A stretch of DNA of 64,000 nucleotides. Origin: Candidatus Dormiibacterota bacterium (lineage in GTDB: Bacteria > Chloroflexota > Dormibacteria > Aeolococcales > Aeolococcaceae). Shown here in pieces: positions 40,252 through 49,743 of the stretch; within the stretch, counting starts at the first letter, position 1, and every line of letters starts with the position of its first letter. The notes under the pieces are model-generated. The model had not been told where the DNA came from, did not search any database, and saw only the letters and a list, made by a program, of their open reading frames with translations. The stretch spans positions 1,408,001 through 1,472,000 of the forward strand of contig OY970355.1 of the NCBI GenBank assembly GCA_963718525.1. The letters run 5' to 3'. Made by a program: the position numbers and the translations under genes.

Positions 40252-41085
40252 TCAGCGATGCGCCAGCCTCACGCGCGGTGCACCGGCGCCAAGCGCCGCA
40301 CCGGCCTGGTCGGCGAGTGTGACAGCGGCGAGCAGCTGATCGCGTCGCACCTTCGTACCCGGCTCGGCGACCAGCACGTAACGGCCGAGGCGTCGCTGGT
40401 CGTGCTCCACGTCGATCGTGATCTCCTTGCCGGGGAGGCCGAGCGTGTCAACTCCCCACCAGATGCGCCCCCAGCTCACGTTGCCGTTTCGATCGATGGT
40501 CGGACCCGGGCGCTCCGGACGCGATGTGTCGAACCAACAGTCGCGCAGCCCGAGCAGGCTGCGCAACTCCCTGGCAACCGCGTCGACAACCTCGTCCGCT
40601 TCGGCTCCGGCGGCCATCAACTCGGCAACGGCCTGGATATGCGCGAGGTCGTCGCTCTGTCGCACCGCGAGTCCACGGTTTCTGCGATTCCGCGCGGAAA
40701 GCTGGCCGACGATCAGCCCTCCGATGAGCAGCAACGCCGTGGTCTCGATGTCCTGCGGATGAGAGATCGAAAGGGATCCATAGGGCTGCGTGAAGCCGAT
40801 GTCGTAGCAGAGTGCCGCGGATACGGCAGCGATCAGTGCGGTGAATCGCGTCCCGATCGATGCGAGCAACGCGACCAGGACGGCGAAACCGAGAGCTACA
40901 GACGCAGCCGATGCCTGGCCACGAAACGGCAGGAGCGCGAAGGCGAGCGCGATAGGCGCGACCACCGCGGCTATAAGCACCGCCATCGGCACGATCCTGG
41001 GCGCGATCGCGCGCACCCGAGTCCACCAGCCCCTTCGGGGGCTGTCCGGCTCGGACGGCGTCGCGCTCGGGAGCATTGTCACCAC
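40252..41085 (-). CDS. KdpD-type 4TM (DUF4118) protein with GAF-like domain, no kinase
   Basis: Four TM segments with YDIGFTQPYGSL and GQLS, then a soluble domain ending LADQAGAAL. Confidence 0.8.
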   Translation of the reverse strand: MVTMLPSATPSEPDSPRRGWWTRVRAIAPRIVPMAVLIAAVVAPIALAFALLPFRGQASAASVALGFAVLVALLASIGTRFTALIAAVSAALCYDIGFTQPYGSLSISHPQDIETTALLLIGGLIVGQLSARNRRNRGLAVRQSDDLAHIQAVAELMAAGAEADEVVDAVARELRSLLGLRDCWFDTSRPERPGPTIDRNGNVSWGRIWWGVDTLGLPGKEITIDVEHDQRRLGRYVLVAEPGTKVRRDQLLAAVTLADQAGAALGAGAPRVRLAHR

Positions 41086-41091
41086 GCCCGG

Positions 41092-41238
41092 CTAGATGCC
41101 ACCTCCGGTCGGCCACTCGACGACCGCCGCCTCCCGAGCGTTGAGATCGTCGCACGCGAGGACGAGGTCGCCATGCGCCCCCGGGGTAACGTTCTCCGTC
41201 CCTGACGCCACAACGACGTACTCATCCTCACGCATCAT
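41092..41238 (-). CDS. Small acidic protein (48 aa) between kdpE and the DUF4118 gene
   Basis: Hand translation MMREDEYVVVASGTENVTPGAHGDLVLACDDLNAREAAVVEWPTGGGI. SD-like AGGGA upstream. Stop 6 nt before the next start. Confidence 0.5.
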   Translation of the reverse strand: MMREDEYVVVASGTENVTPGAHGDLVLACDDLNAREAAVVEWPTGGGI

Positions 41239-41310
41239 CTCGATCCCTATTGTTCACCTTCATCGTCGTCGTGCACCACGTAGGATCTCAGCGCGGCCGT
41301 CAACGGTGCA

Positions 41311-42012
41311 TCAACGGGGCGGTCCGAAACGGTATCCCTGACGTCCCACGGTCACCACGATCTCGGGGTGCGGCGGGTCCTTCTCGAGCTTGACTCGGAG
41401 GCGCTGCGCGAACGTCCGGAGGTAGTTCCGCTCGTCCGCGTACTGCGGCCCCCAGACGCGCTGGAGCAGCGTGCGATGGTCGATCGTGGCCCCCGCGTTG
41501 CGCGCCAGCTCGGCGAGCAGCAGCCACTCGGTTGGCGAGAGCCGGACCTCCACGCCGTCTCGCGTGACCGAACGTGCGCCGAGATCGACGCGAACATCGC
41601 CCTGCACAACGATGCCCCCGGCGCCGTCGGGCGGGCTGATGCGGCGCAGCACCGCTCGCACCCTGGCGAGCAGCTCGTCTGCGCCGAAGGGCTTCGCCAG
41701 GTAGTCGTCCGCCCCGAGGTCGAGGGCGCGGACCTTGTCACTCTCCTCGCCGCGAGCGCTGATCACGATGACGGCCGGTCGCTGGCGGTTCTCCATCTGT
41801 TCGAGGATCTGCCAGCCGTCGATGAAGGGCAGACCGATGTCGAGCAGAACGATGTCGCTCGTGTTGGCGTCGCGAAGCATCTGCGAGGCGGTGATGCCGT
41901 GGGTCGCGACCGACGTGACATAGCCGGCGGCGGTGAGTGCGCTCGCGAGCAGTTCGCGAAGCGCCGTGTCGTCCTCAACCACGAGGATGTGCGTGCGGCG
42001 CTCGTCCGTCAA
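41311..42012 (-). CDS. kdpE: KdpE-like response regulator
   Basis: ILVVEDD, LLDIGLP, ISAR.EESDKVRALDLGADDY, LSPTEW, NYLR, LRVKLE.DP. TTG 42012 overlaps the upstream stop. Confidence 0.88.
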   Translation of the reverse strand: MTDERRTHILVVEDDTALRELLASALTAAGYVTSVATHGITASQMLRDANTSDIVLLDIGLPFIDGWQILEQMENRQRPAVIVISARGEESDKVRALDLGADDYLAKPFGADELLARVRAVLRRISPPDGAGGIVVQGDVRVDLGARSVTRDGVEVRLSPTEWLLLAELARNAGATIDHRTLLQRVWGPQYADERNYLRTFAQRLRVKLEKDPPHPEIVVTVGRQGYRFGPPR

Positions 42013-42524
42013 CAGGAACCCGGACCCGGTGGGGTGGCGCCCGGGACGACCGTGACCGTCTCGGTGAAGGTCGCGGGCGGAGCGAACGCCTGGTGGCTTG
42101 GCGACACGAGCTCGACCTCGATGGCGTGCCGGCCAGAGGACAGGTCCTGCGGGATCTGCCAGGTATCGACGGTGGGCCCTTGAACACCGTCGACGATGAC
42201 GGCGAGGTAGTACTGCGCCGACGTTGCAGGGACCAGATGCCCAGGCGACGGTACTCCGCATACCGTGAGCGTGAGTGGCGCGCCGACTGTGGACCCGGGT
42301 GCGGGCGACACGATGCGCACAGGGTACGGTGCCGACACGATCAGGGCGGGGCTGAACACCCAGCTCGCCAGCAGGGCGGCGGCGCCACCGGCGGCGGCGA
42401 CACCGCCCGCGACGCGCAACGCGCTTCTACGAACTGCGAAGACCAGCAGTCCGCCGCCGAAGATCAACAGCGCCAGGCCCCACTGCAGGGGAAGCGGAAG
42501 CCCGCTGACGATGTGTGCGATCAC
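42009..42524 (-). CDS. Hypothetical membrane-anchored protein with Ig-like extracellular domain
   Basis: Two TM segments, then VRIVSPAPGSTV...GRHAIEVELV...H..F.P. Confidence 0.7.
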   Translation of the reverse strand: MIAHIVSGLPLPLQWGLALLIFGGGLLVFAVRRSALRVAGGVAAAGGAAALLASWVFSPALIVSAPYPVRIVSPAPGSTVGAPLTLTVCGVPSPGHLVPATSAQYYLAVIVDGVQGPTVDTWQIPQDLSSGRHAIEVELVSPSHQAFAPPATFTETVTVVPGATPPGPGSC

Positions 42525-42536
42525 TGGTGCTCGCGG

Positions 42537-43001
42537 TCAGCGGGCGACGGTGAAGAAGATCGTCGGCGTCACGTCGCGAGGGGAGAAGGGGAAGTGGTCC
42601 TGCGCGACGAACTCGGCATACATCGAGTATTCGAGCCCCGGTTTCACGGTGATTGGCTGCGAGAGCGTGTACTGCATGTAGATCAACTGGTTGTTGAGGT
42701 ACAGGTGGACGTGGCCTTTGGTAGGGGTGATGTCACTCGTGGTCACCGTTGTCACGACTCCGCCTGTGATCGATACCCTGACGACAAGCGTGGTGCCGTG
42801 GACGACCTCACCGCTGGTGGGGGCGATCAGCGTGATTTTCACCGGTGACGACGGCCGGTGACCAAGGCCACCCGACGGGGTGGGATAAGGCGTGGCCGCC
42901 GGCGTTCCCGAGGCGGAAGGTCCGCCACCGGCAGCGGCCGAGCTGCACGCCGTGACGCACAGCACCAGCGCGGTCAGGAGGACGAGCAATGGGCGTCGCA
43001 T
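42537..43001 (-). CDS. Hypothetical lipoprotein with Ig-like domain and GHVHLY motif
   Basis: Lipobox VTAC, ITLIAPTSGEVV, KGHVHLYLN, DHFPFSP. Resembles the extracellular domain of the downstream gene. Confidence 0.75.
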   Translation of the reverse strand: MRRPLLVLLTALVLCVTACSSAAAGGGPSASGTPAATPYPTPSGGLGHRPSSPVKITLIAPTSGEVVHGTTLVVRVSITGGVVTTVTTSDITPTKGHVHLYLNNQLIYMQYTLSQPITVKPGLEYSMYAEFVAQDHFPFSPRDVTPTIFFTVAR

Positions 43002-43085
43002 CGTTTCAGTTCCCTGCCCACGCCATTATGAGGAGCGGTGGTGCCGCGGGCCCCTATACCGATGCCGCCGTCCTAGCCGGGCCGG

Positions 43086-43712
43086 CTAACGCAGCCGGTA
43101 GGTGGCCGGCCGCTCGTCCGTGACGGAGACCTTCGGCGCGTTACGCTCGAGGATGCGCCGTACTTGCTGAGGCGTGAACGTTGCGCCAAGGCGTTTCCGG
43201 ATCGCCGCAACTGCCAGGGGCCGGGTCGATTCCTTGAGGATCGCCAGCACCTTGTCGTCAGGTGTGCTCCGCGTGGCCGTGTGCTTGCCGTTGGACGCCA
43301 CCGCAGGCGCGCGTTTCGGCTCGGGAGCGCTCTCCGGGACATGCATCGGCTGCTCGACGGCAACTGGCACCGGTGTCGCCGCCGGATGCGGGGCTTCGCT
43401 CCGTCCCGGGAGATCGATCCGAGCAGGCCGCGAGGAGCCCTCGCCGTGCAGGCGAGCCCACATCGCGGGAAGGTCGTCGAGGACCTGGCGGACGAACGCT
43501 GCCGAACCGCTCACCTCGATCTCACGGTCGCCATCGCGCAGCCGCAGCGAGTGCGACATCGGCGCGGCCGGCACCTCCACTCGGGGCGCCGGGCGAAAGG
43601 GCGGCCGGGAATCGTTGTTGAAATTGGGTCGCGGGCCCGAGAACTGTCGGGGGCCGGAGAACGAGGGACGGTCCGAAGAGGGGCGTCCCTGATAGGGGCG
43701 GTCGTCAGGCAT
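43086..43712 (-). CDS. Hypothetical protein: low-complexity N-terminus, EIEVSGS..FV domain, C-terminal winged-helix-like domain
   Basis: SD AGGAG before ATG 43712. C-terminus DKVLAILKES.RPL....IRKRLG....QQVRRIL. Confidence 0.7.
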   Translation of the reverse strand: MPDDRPYQGRPSSDRPSFSGPRQFSGPRPNFNNDSRPPFRPAPRVEVPAAPMSHSLRLRDGDREIEVSGSAAFVRQVLDDLPAMWARLHGEGSSRPARIDLPGRSEAPHPAATPVPVAVEQPMHVPESAPEPKRAPAVASNGKHTATRSTPDDKVLAILKESTRPLAVAAIRKRLGATFTPQQVRRILERNAPKVSVTDERPATYRLR

Positions 43713-44328
43713 TGGTCTCCTGGTTGGCTGTGGGTTCGTCGTGGTTGTGTCCCTGGCTCCGAGCGGCCCTCGGCGCCGACTCCGCGACCACCGGGCTGCC
43801 GACAACATCGGCGTCCGGGTCGGCCTCAGCCTTCGATTCCTTGGTCAGGTCGGTGATCTGGACATGGCGATCATCGTCGGGCAGGGTGATCTGGGGGAGA
43901 TCGTCATCATCCGACGGCGCCGGTCCGAAGAGACGCTCCTGGATCTTGGCGCGCAGCGGCGACTGGATCAGCGCGAACACCCCACCGACGACCGCGGCGC
44001 CGATCAGCAGGTTGCGCACGCGGTGCGTCTTCTTCTTGGGCCGGATTGCGCTGCTCAGCTTCCCCGACGCGTCGGCAATGCGCTCCCGTGCGGCATTGCT
44101 CGCGGCCGTGACCCGGCCGTCTGCCGCAATCTGCTCGGCGGTCTCCGCCAATGTCCCGGCGGCGCTCTGCAGCACCTGGCTCAGACTTTCCGCGCCGCGC
44201 TGCACGGTGGGGAGTGCAGCGCTACCCGCACCGCGCGCGAGCGTCACCGCATGATCCGCTAGATCACCGATCGCATCGGCCGCGCGAGCGCGGTCAAGCA
44301 CGGCAGCTCTGGAACGTCGACTCCGCAT
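43705..44328 (-). CDS. Hypothetical Ala-rich protein with one TM segment
   Basis: SD GGAGG before ATG 44328. TM LLIGAAVVGGVFALI. Confidence 0.65.
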   Translation of the reverse strand: MRSRRSRAAVLDRARAADAIGDLADHAVTLARGAGSAALPTVQRGAESLSQVLQSAAGTLAETAEQIAADGRVTAASNAARERIADASGKLSSAIRPKKKTHRVRNLLIGAAVVGGVFALIQSPLRAKIQERLFGPAPSDDDDLPQITLPDDDRHVQITDLTKESKAEADPDADVVGSPVVAESAPRAARSQGHNHDEPTANQETNA

Positions 44329-44448
44329 GATGCAATGACCTCCGTTCTCACCTGCCATCTATGGCGCCAACTAATTGAAGTGGCGCGAACAGACTGATTC
44401 TACGTTGGTTGCACGGTTCAACGCTCCGTACGCGGCGGGCTGTGACGC

Positions 44449-44763
44449 TCAGGCGGCGGAGGAAAGCGCCGGGGCAATGTCGCGGAGACTGATCGGCGAG
44501 GCTTCGCGAGCAAGCGCTGTGTCCAGCGGCGCGTCGAGAAACCACCTGATGCGCGCCGCAGCGACCGGTCCGACGAGCTTGGCAAGCTCTGGCTCCGAAG
44601 CGCTGTAGATCGATCGCAGTGACGGGTAGGATCGGATCAGCTTCACGAAGGCGGCAGGCTCGAGACCGTCGACCCCGGCGAGGTGGCTCACCCGGCGCCG
44701 GGCGAGGGAACCGGCCTCATCGGCATCGAGAGGGAGCTGAAGCTCGATCGTGCGGATGGGCAT
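44449..44763 (-). CDS. Small helix-hairpin-helix protein (UvrC/ERCC C-terminal-like)
   Basis: LAGVDGL....FVKLIRSYPSLRSIYSASEPELAKLVGPVAAARI. Confidence 0.7.
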   Translation of the reverse strand: MPIRTIELQLPLDADEAGSLARRRVSHLAGVDGLEPAAFVKLIRSYPSLRSIYSASEPELAKLVGPVAAARIRWFLDAPLDTALAREASPISLRDIAPALSSAA

Positions 44764-44829
44764 GCGTCGAGTGTAACGAACGGATGTTCGACTTGTCAAA
44801 TCGGCTCGATCGTGAGTACCCTTGCCTCG

Positions 44830-45057
44830 ATGCCTCTATACGAATACCGCTGCAACGACTGCTCGGCCGTGTTCGAGCTGCTGCGTCCCATGGCCGATCG
44901 CGAGGTTGCCGCCGTCTGCCCGGGCTGCGAGAGCCGGGCCAGCATGCCGCTCATCAGCCGGGTGGCCGTCCACGCCGGCACGGGGTCGGACGCGTCGCCG
45001 TCGATGACCGGTGGCGGTGGCGGGTGCTGTGGCGGCAGTTGCGGCTGCGCGAACTGA
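44830..45057 (+). CDS. FmdB-family zinc ribbon protein
   Basis: MPLYEYRCNDC...CPGC, C-terminal GGCCGGSCGC. Confidence 0.92.
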   Translation: MPLYEYRCNDCSAVFELLRPMADREVAAVCPGCESRASMPLISRVAVHAGTGSDASPSMTGGGGGCCGGSCGCAN

Positions 45058-45064
45058 CCGACGT

Positions 45065-45742
45065 TCAGCCGGCAGTGACGGCGGGGATCGCGACAGCTCG
45101 CTGAGCGAGGCTCCCCGTCAGGTCGAGCTCCGTCTGCAGGACTGAGGCGAGAAAGACCCGCCGATGGGCCGGGTGGGGCCCGTACTCGCGGATTGCGGCA
45201 CGGTGCTCGGGGGCGCCATACCCCTTGTTGCTCGCCCAGTTGTAGTGTGGAGCCTCGTCGTGCATGCGGGTCATCAGGGCGTCGCGATGCACCTTGGCGA
45301 TGATCGAGGCGGCTGAGACCGCCGGCACCTTGCGGTCACCGGCCACGAGCGAATGGAGGGGGCGGGACACCGGGATCCGGAGGTTGCCGTCGCAGCAGTA
45401 GCCGTCGGCGTCGACGGCGGCGACGAGCCGGCAGAAGATCTCCACGTTCGCCCACCCGAGCCCCCGTGTGTTGATCTCGTCCACGCTCACCTCGGCAACC
45501 GCCCAGGCCACTGCCCGCTCCCGCAGCACAGCACCGACGAGCTCACGCTGTTTGGCCGTCAGCAGCTTGCTGTCGCGGAGCAACGGGTGGCGGAAGCGCT
45601 GCGGCAGCACCACGGCGGCGGCAACCAGCGGGCCCGCATACGCACCGCGACCGACCTCGTCCATGCCGCACAGGCGGAAAGCGCGCCAATCGCTGACCGC
45701 GAAGGTGGTTCGGATGTAGTCGGGAACGCGGAACCGCGGCAT
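45065..45742 (-). CDS. rnhB: Ribonuclease HII
   Basis: GMDEVGRG..AGP, DSKLL, DGN, GD...PAVSAASIIAKV.RD, NKGYG, HR. Confidence 0.95.
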   Translation of the reverse strand: MPRFRVPDYIRTTFAVSDWRAFRLCGMDEVGRGAYAGPLVAAAVVLPQRFRHPLLRDSKLLTAKQRELVGAVLRERAVAWAVAEVSVDEINTRGLGWANVEIFCRLVAAVDADGYCCDGNLRIPVSRPLHSLVAGDRKVPAVSAASIIAKVHRDALMTRMHDEAPHYNWASNKGYGAPEHRAAIREYGPHPAHRRVFLASVLQTELDLTGSLAQRAVAIPAVTAG

Positions 45743-45815
45743 CGGCTGGCGCAGAGTGTAGCCCTCGGGTTTGCTACGGTGACGGGACTACGTCCACTCC
45801 TGGGAGGCAGATCGC

Positions 45816-46742
45816 TTGAACGACGTGCTCTGGACCGACGTCTCTCCACGCGATGGGCTCCAGAACATCGCCGATTCGATCAGCACCGAGGCGAAGATCG
45901 CCCTGGTCCGCGGGCTGCTCGATGCCGGCGTGCCGCGTGTCGAGGCAACGTCGTTCGTCTCCCCGAGCTGGGTGCCGCAGCTGGCGGACGCGCCCGCGGT
46001 ACTGGCCGGATTGCAGAACGAGCTCGGGCGGTTGCGCGTGTTGATCCCAAATCTTCGCGGCCTCGAGCTCGCGCTCGCGCACGGTATTCGCAACGTGCTC
46101 GTGACCATCGCCGCGACGGACTCCTTCAACCGTCGCAACGTCAATCGCACGGTGGAGGAGTCGCTCGATGAGATCTCGCACATCGTCGAGCTCGCCGGCG
46201 AACGCGCGTGCACGGTCGACGCCGCTGTCTCCGTGAGCTTCGGCTGTCCGTTCGAAGGGGTCGTTGCGCCGGCGCGGGTCGTCGAGCTCTGCGGCGAACT
46301 GGTTACCCGTGGCGTCTCGGAGGTGGGCGTTGCCGACACAATCGGCGTGGCGACCCCCGCAGACGTGACAGCGATGTGCGCGCTCGCATCCGCCGCTGTG
46401 CCGATCGATCGTCTGTCGCTGCACGTGCATGACACGCGCGGGCTCGGTGTTGCCAATGTCATCGCGGCGTTCACCGCCGGCGTTCGCCGCTTCGATGGGT
46501 CGGTGGGTGGTGTCGGTGGTTGCCCGTTCGCTCCGCGCTCGACTGGCAACGTCTGCACCGAGGACGCGTTGCAGGCGCTGCATTCTCTGGGCGCGGTGAG
46601 CGGCATCGATCTCGGTGCAATGTGTGCGGTCGCCGAGGCTCTGGCGTCCGAGTTGCGCCGCGATCTTCCCGGCAAGCTGTATCGAGCAGGCATCTGGAGC
46701 AGGGCTCCGCAGGAAGCGGTCGCAGAGACGAGCGTTGGCTGA
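45816..46742 (+). CDS. Hydroxymethylglutaryl-CoA lyase
   Basis: PRDGLQN, SFVSP.WVPQ, FGCPFEG, ADTIG, HVHDTRG, GGCPFAP. Confidence 0.93.
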   Translation: MNDVLWTDVSPRDGLQNIADSISTEAKIALVRGLLDAGVPRVEATSFVSPSWVPQLADAPAVLAGLQNELGRLRVLIPNLRGLELALAHGIRNVLVTIAATDSFNRRNVNRTVEESLDEISHIVELAGERACTVDAAVSVSFGCPFEGVVAPARVVELCGELVTRGVSEVGVADTIGVATPADVTAMCALASAAVPIDRLSLHVHDTRGLGVANVIAAFTAGVRRFDGSVGGVGGCPFAPRSTGNVCTEDALQALHSLGAVSGIDLGAMCAVAEALASELRRDLPGKLYRAGIWSRAPQEAVAETSVG

Positions 46743-48261
46743 AGGCGTTTCCAAGCGGCTCGAACGCGCGCGCGCCGGGGGTCCGCAGCGCCATCGGGAG
46801 AAACTCGCCGCCCAGGCCAAACTGATGCCCCGCGACAGGATCGCGCGATTGTTCGATCCCGGCACCTGGTTCGTCGAGGACGGCCTGCTTGCCGGCACCG
46901 AGGACCCCGAGCTTGCCGCCGAAGGGGTGATCACCGGTATCGGCGTCATGCACGGTAGAACGTGCGCGGTGATGGCGAACGACCCGACGGTCAAAGCCGG
47001 GTCATGGGGCCCGCGCACCGTTGAGAAGATCATCCGCATTCAGGAGACAGCGGAACGCCTGCAGATTCCGCTCGTGTACCTGGTGGATTCCGCAGGCGCG
47101 CGCATCACCGAACAGGTGGCGATGTTTCCGGGCCGACGCCACGCCGGCCATATCTTCCAGATGCAGGTGCGGCTTTCGGGTCAGGTGCCGCAGGTGTGCG
47201 TGCTCTTCGGACCGAGCGCCGCAGGTGGCGCATACATCCCGGCGTTCTGCGACGTCGTGATCATGGTGGAGGGCAACGCGTCGATGTACCTGGGCTCGCC
47301 ACGCATGGCTGAGGTCGTGGTCGGCGAGAAGGTGACCCTCGAGGAGATGGGCGGCGCGCGCATGCACTGCACGGTGAGCGGCTGCGGTGACGTGCTCGTC
47401 GCCGACGAGGAAGCAGCCATCGTGTCCGCACGTCGCTATCTCGAGTATCTGCCCCAGTCGTGGCACGACACACCGCCGGTTGCGGCGTCACGCGATGTCG
47501 ATGAAGGATACGAGGACATCAGCGGCGTGATCCCTCCGGAAGCAGCTAAGGGGTACGACGTGATGGCATTCGTTCGGGGCATCATCGACGCCGGTTCCTT
47601 TTTTGAGATCAAGCGACTCTTCGCTCGCGAGATCGTGTGCGGCTTAGCACGCATCGATGGCCACGCTGTCGGAATCCTCGCCTCGCAGCCTCGTTTCAAG
47701 GGAGGCGTTCTCTTTGTGGATTCGGCGGACAAGGCGACACGCTTCATCACCTGCTGCGACGCGTTCAACGTTCCGCTGCTGTTTCTCGCCGATGTCCCCG
47801 GGTTCATGATCGGCACAGCCGTCGAGCGTCAGGGGATCATCCGCCATGGCGCAAAGATGATCGCGGCGATTGCGCAGGCACAGGTCCCGCGCATCTGCGT
47901 GATCCTGCGCAAGGCATACGGTGCGGGGCTGTATGCGATGAGCGGACCCGCGTTCGACCCCGATTGCACACTCGCACTGCCCACCGCGCAGATCGCGGTG
48001 ATGGGGCCGGAGGCTGCGATCAATGCCGTGTACTACAACAAGATCCAGGACACTCCGGAAGAGGATCGCGCTGCGTTCGTCAAGGACCTTCAGGATGACT
48101 ATCGAGCTGACATCGACATCTCTCGGCTGGCGTCCGAGCTGATCGTCGACGCGGTCGTGCAACCGGCGGAGCTGCGCGCGGAGTTGGTTCGCCGCTTTCA
48201 CGCATACCGGTCGAGGCGCCGTGCGGATGTCCTGCGCCACCACCCGGTTTCGCCTGTCTGA
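46735..48261 (+). CDS. Acyl-CoA carboxylase beta subunit (methylcrotonyl-CoA carboxylase-like)
   Basis: ANDPTVKAG, DSAGAR, AGGAYIP, EEMGGA, DVPGFMIG, RKAYGAG. Confidence 0.94.
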   Translation: MAEGVSKRLERARAGGPQRHREKLAAQAKLMPRDRIARLFDPGTWFVEDGLLAGTEDPELAAEGVITGIGVMHGRTCAVMANDPTVKAGSWGPRTVEKIIRIQETAERLQIPLVYLVDSAGARITEQVAMFPGRRHAGHIFQMQVRLSGQVPQVCVLFGPSAAGGAYIPAFCDVVIMVEGNASMYLGSPRMAEVVVGEKVTLEEMGGARMHCTVSGCGDVLVADEEAAIVSARRYLEYLPQSWHDTPPVAASRDVDEGYEDISGVIPPEAAKGYDVMAFVRGIIDAGSFFEIKRLFAREIVCGLARIDGHAVGILASQPRFKGGVLFVDSADKATRFITCCDAFNVPLLFLADVPGFMIGTAVERQGIIRHGAKMIAAIAQAQVPRICVILRKAYGAGLYAMSGPAFDPDCTLALPTAQIAVMGPEAAINAVYYNKIQDTPEEDRAAFVKDLQDDYRADIDISRLASELIVDAVVQPAELRAELVRRFHAYRSRRRADVLRHHPVSPV

Positions 48262-48281
48262 GCCGAGGTCGGTAGGGAGAG

Positions 48282-48926
48282 ATGGCCAACGCAGGGCTGA
48301 ATGGTTGGCTGCAGAGCATCGGCTACCTGGCCGTCGCACTGTTCGTCGGCATCGAGAGCCTCGGGGTGCCGCTTCCGGGCGAGACGATGCTGATCACCGC
48401 CGCGGTGTTTGCGGCCACGACGCATCAGCTGTCCATCGTCGGGATCATCGCGGCGGCGATCATCGGCGCGGTGATCGGCGACAACATCGGCTTCGGCATC
48501 GGATGGTTCGGCGGCTATCCGATCCTCAGGCGCTTCGGCAGGTACGTTCGCCTCGACGAGGCCAAGCTCAAGGTCGGCCGATACATCTTCATGCGCCACG
48601 GTTCCAAGGTCGTCTTCTTTGGCCGGTTCGTCTCCGTGCTGCGAACCTACGCAGCCTTCCTTGCCGGGACCAACCGGATGCACTGGTCGCGGTTTCTCGT
48701 CGCGAACGCGGCGGGTGGCATCGTCTGGGCGACGCTGTATGGCGTTGGAGCGTATTCGGCCAGCAGTGTGATCGCGACGCTGAACACGCCAGTCGAAATC
48801 GGATTCGCGGCGCTTGCCGTCGTGGTGATCGTGGCGAGCGCCATCTTCATCCGCAGGAACATCAAACGGCTCGAGGCCGTCGCCGAGGAGGCCCTTCCCG
48901 GCCCTCTCGAGGGATTCTCCACGTAG
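48282..48926 (+). CDS. DedA family membrane protein
   Basis: ES.GVPLPGE, GDNIGF, FFGRFV..LR, AG...M. Confidence 0.93.
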   Translation: MANAGLNGWLQSIGYLAVALFVGIESLGVPLPGETMLITAAVFAATTHQLSIVGIIAAAIIGAVIGDNIGFGIGWFGGYPILRRFGRYVRLDEAKLKVGRYIFMRHGSKVVFFGRFVSVLRTYAAFLAGTNRMHWSRFLVANAAGGIVWATLYGVGAYSASSVIATLNTPVEIGFAALAVVVIVASAIFIRRNIKRLEAVAEEALPGPLEGFST

Positions 48927-48951
48927 TCTGTCGGGGCCGGGCGGACGGAGT

Positions 48952-49662
48952 TCAGAACGCCGGGTTGGCCACCGACCCGCCCGTCGAACCGGGCGAGCTG
49001 GGCGCAGGAGCCGAGATCAGCTCGGCGCGCCACACGAATCGGTTGTAGTCCTGCCACCACGGGTCACAGGTGATCATCGTGAGTTCGTGTCCCGATGTCG
49101 GGGCCAGCTGGGTCACCCGGCTGGGGGCGATATCCCACTTGGCGGTGACCCTGTAGACATAGGTATGGCAGGTGCGGTTCTGGATCGTGATCGTGTCGCC
49201 GACGTTGAGCTCGTTGATGTACTGGAAATCCGGCTCACGGTGGAAGGCGATGATCACGTTCCCCTGCTGGCCGGGGTCCGGTGTTCCCGCGTAGTGGACC
49301 ATCGATCGCGAGTCCAGCAGCGCCCACGTGCCGTTGCCGGCAACTGCGGCGTAGTGATACTGCGCCGGAGCCCCGAAATCCACGAGGGCGTAATCAGTCG
49401 CAGAGCTCGTCCCACAGGTTGGCGACTTCGATGCCACCGGGGCCGGGACGACCGGGTGGGTGGTGCCACCGTTCCAGTGCTTGAGCGCCGTGGAGTCCGT
49501 CGCGCCGCGTTGGAACACGCCGATGATCGGCCCGGCGATCAGGGCGCCGCCTGCGAGGATCGCCGCGACCCCGAGCGCGAGCAAGACCATCCAGAGGCGG
49601 ACCTTCCTGCGTCCGGGACGCCGCGACTGCTCAGCGACACCGGCTGTGAGATGAGAAGCCAT
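48952..49662 (-). CDS. Sortase (class D/E-like)
   Basis: N-terminal TM, PGQQGNVIIAFHR, LTMITC, downstream Arg. Confidence 0.88.
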   Translation of the reverse strand: MASHLTAGVAEQSRRPGRRKVRLWMVLLALGVAAILAGGALIAGPIIGVFQRGATDSTALKHWNGGTTHPVVPAPVASKSPTCGTSSATDYALVDFGAPAQYHYAAVAGNGTWALLDSRSMVHYAGTPDPGQQGNVIIAFHREPDFQYINELNVGDTITIQNRTCHTYVYRVTAKWDIAPSRVTQLAPTSGHELTMITCDPWWQDYNRFVWRAELISAPAPSSPGSTGGSVANPAF

Positions 49663-49743
49663 CACTCACAGAATAGCCAGCATCCCTCGGTCACGCGGTG
49701 ACGCGAGCGCCACGGCCCGTTTGAGCTGAAGTGGTGGTCCTGG

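Noticed and set aside
28387-43001. Possible genomic island integrated at the tRNA
   Set aside because: No integrase, no duplicated tRNA 3' end seen, and no obvious compositional shift.
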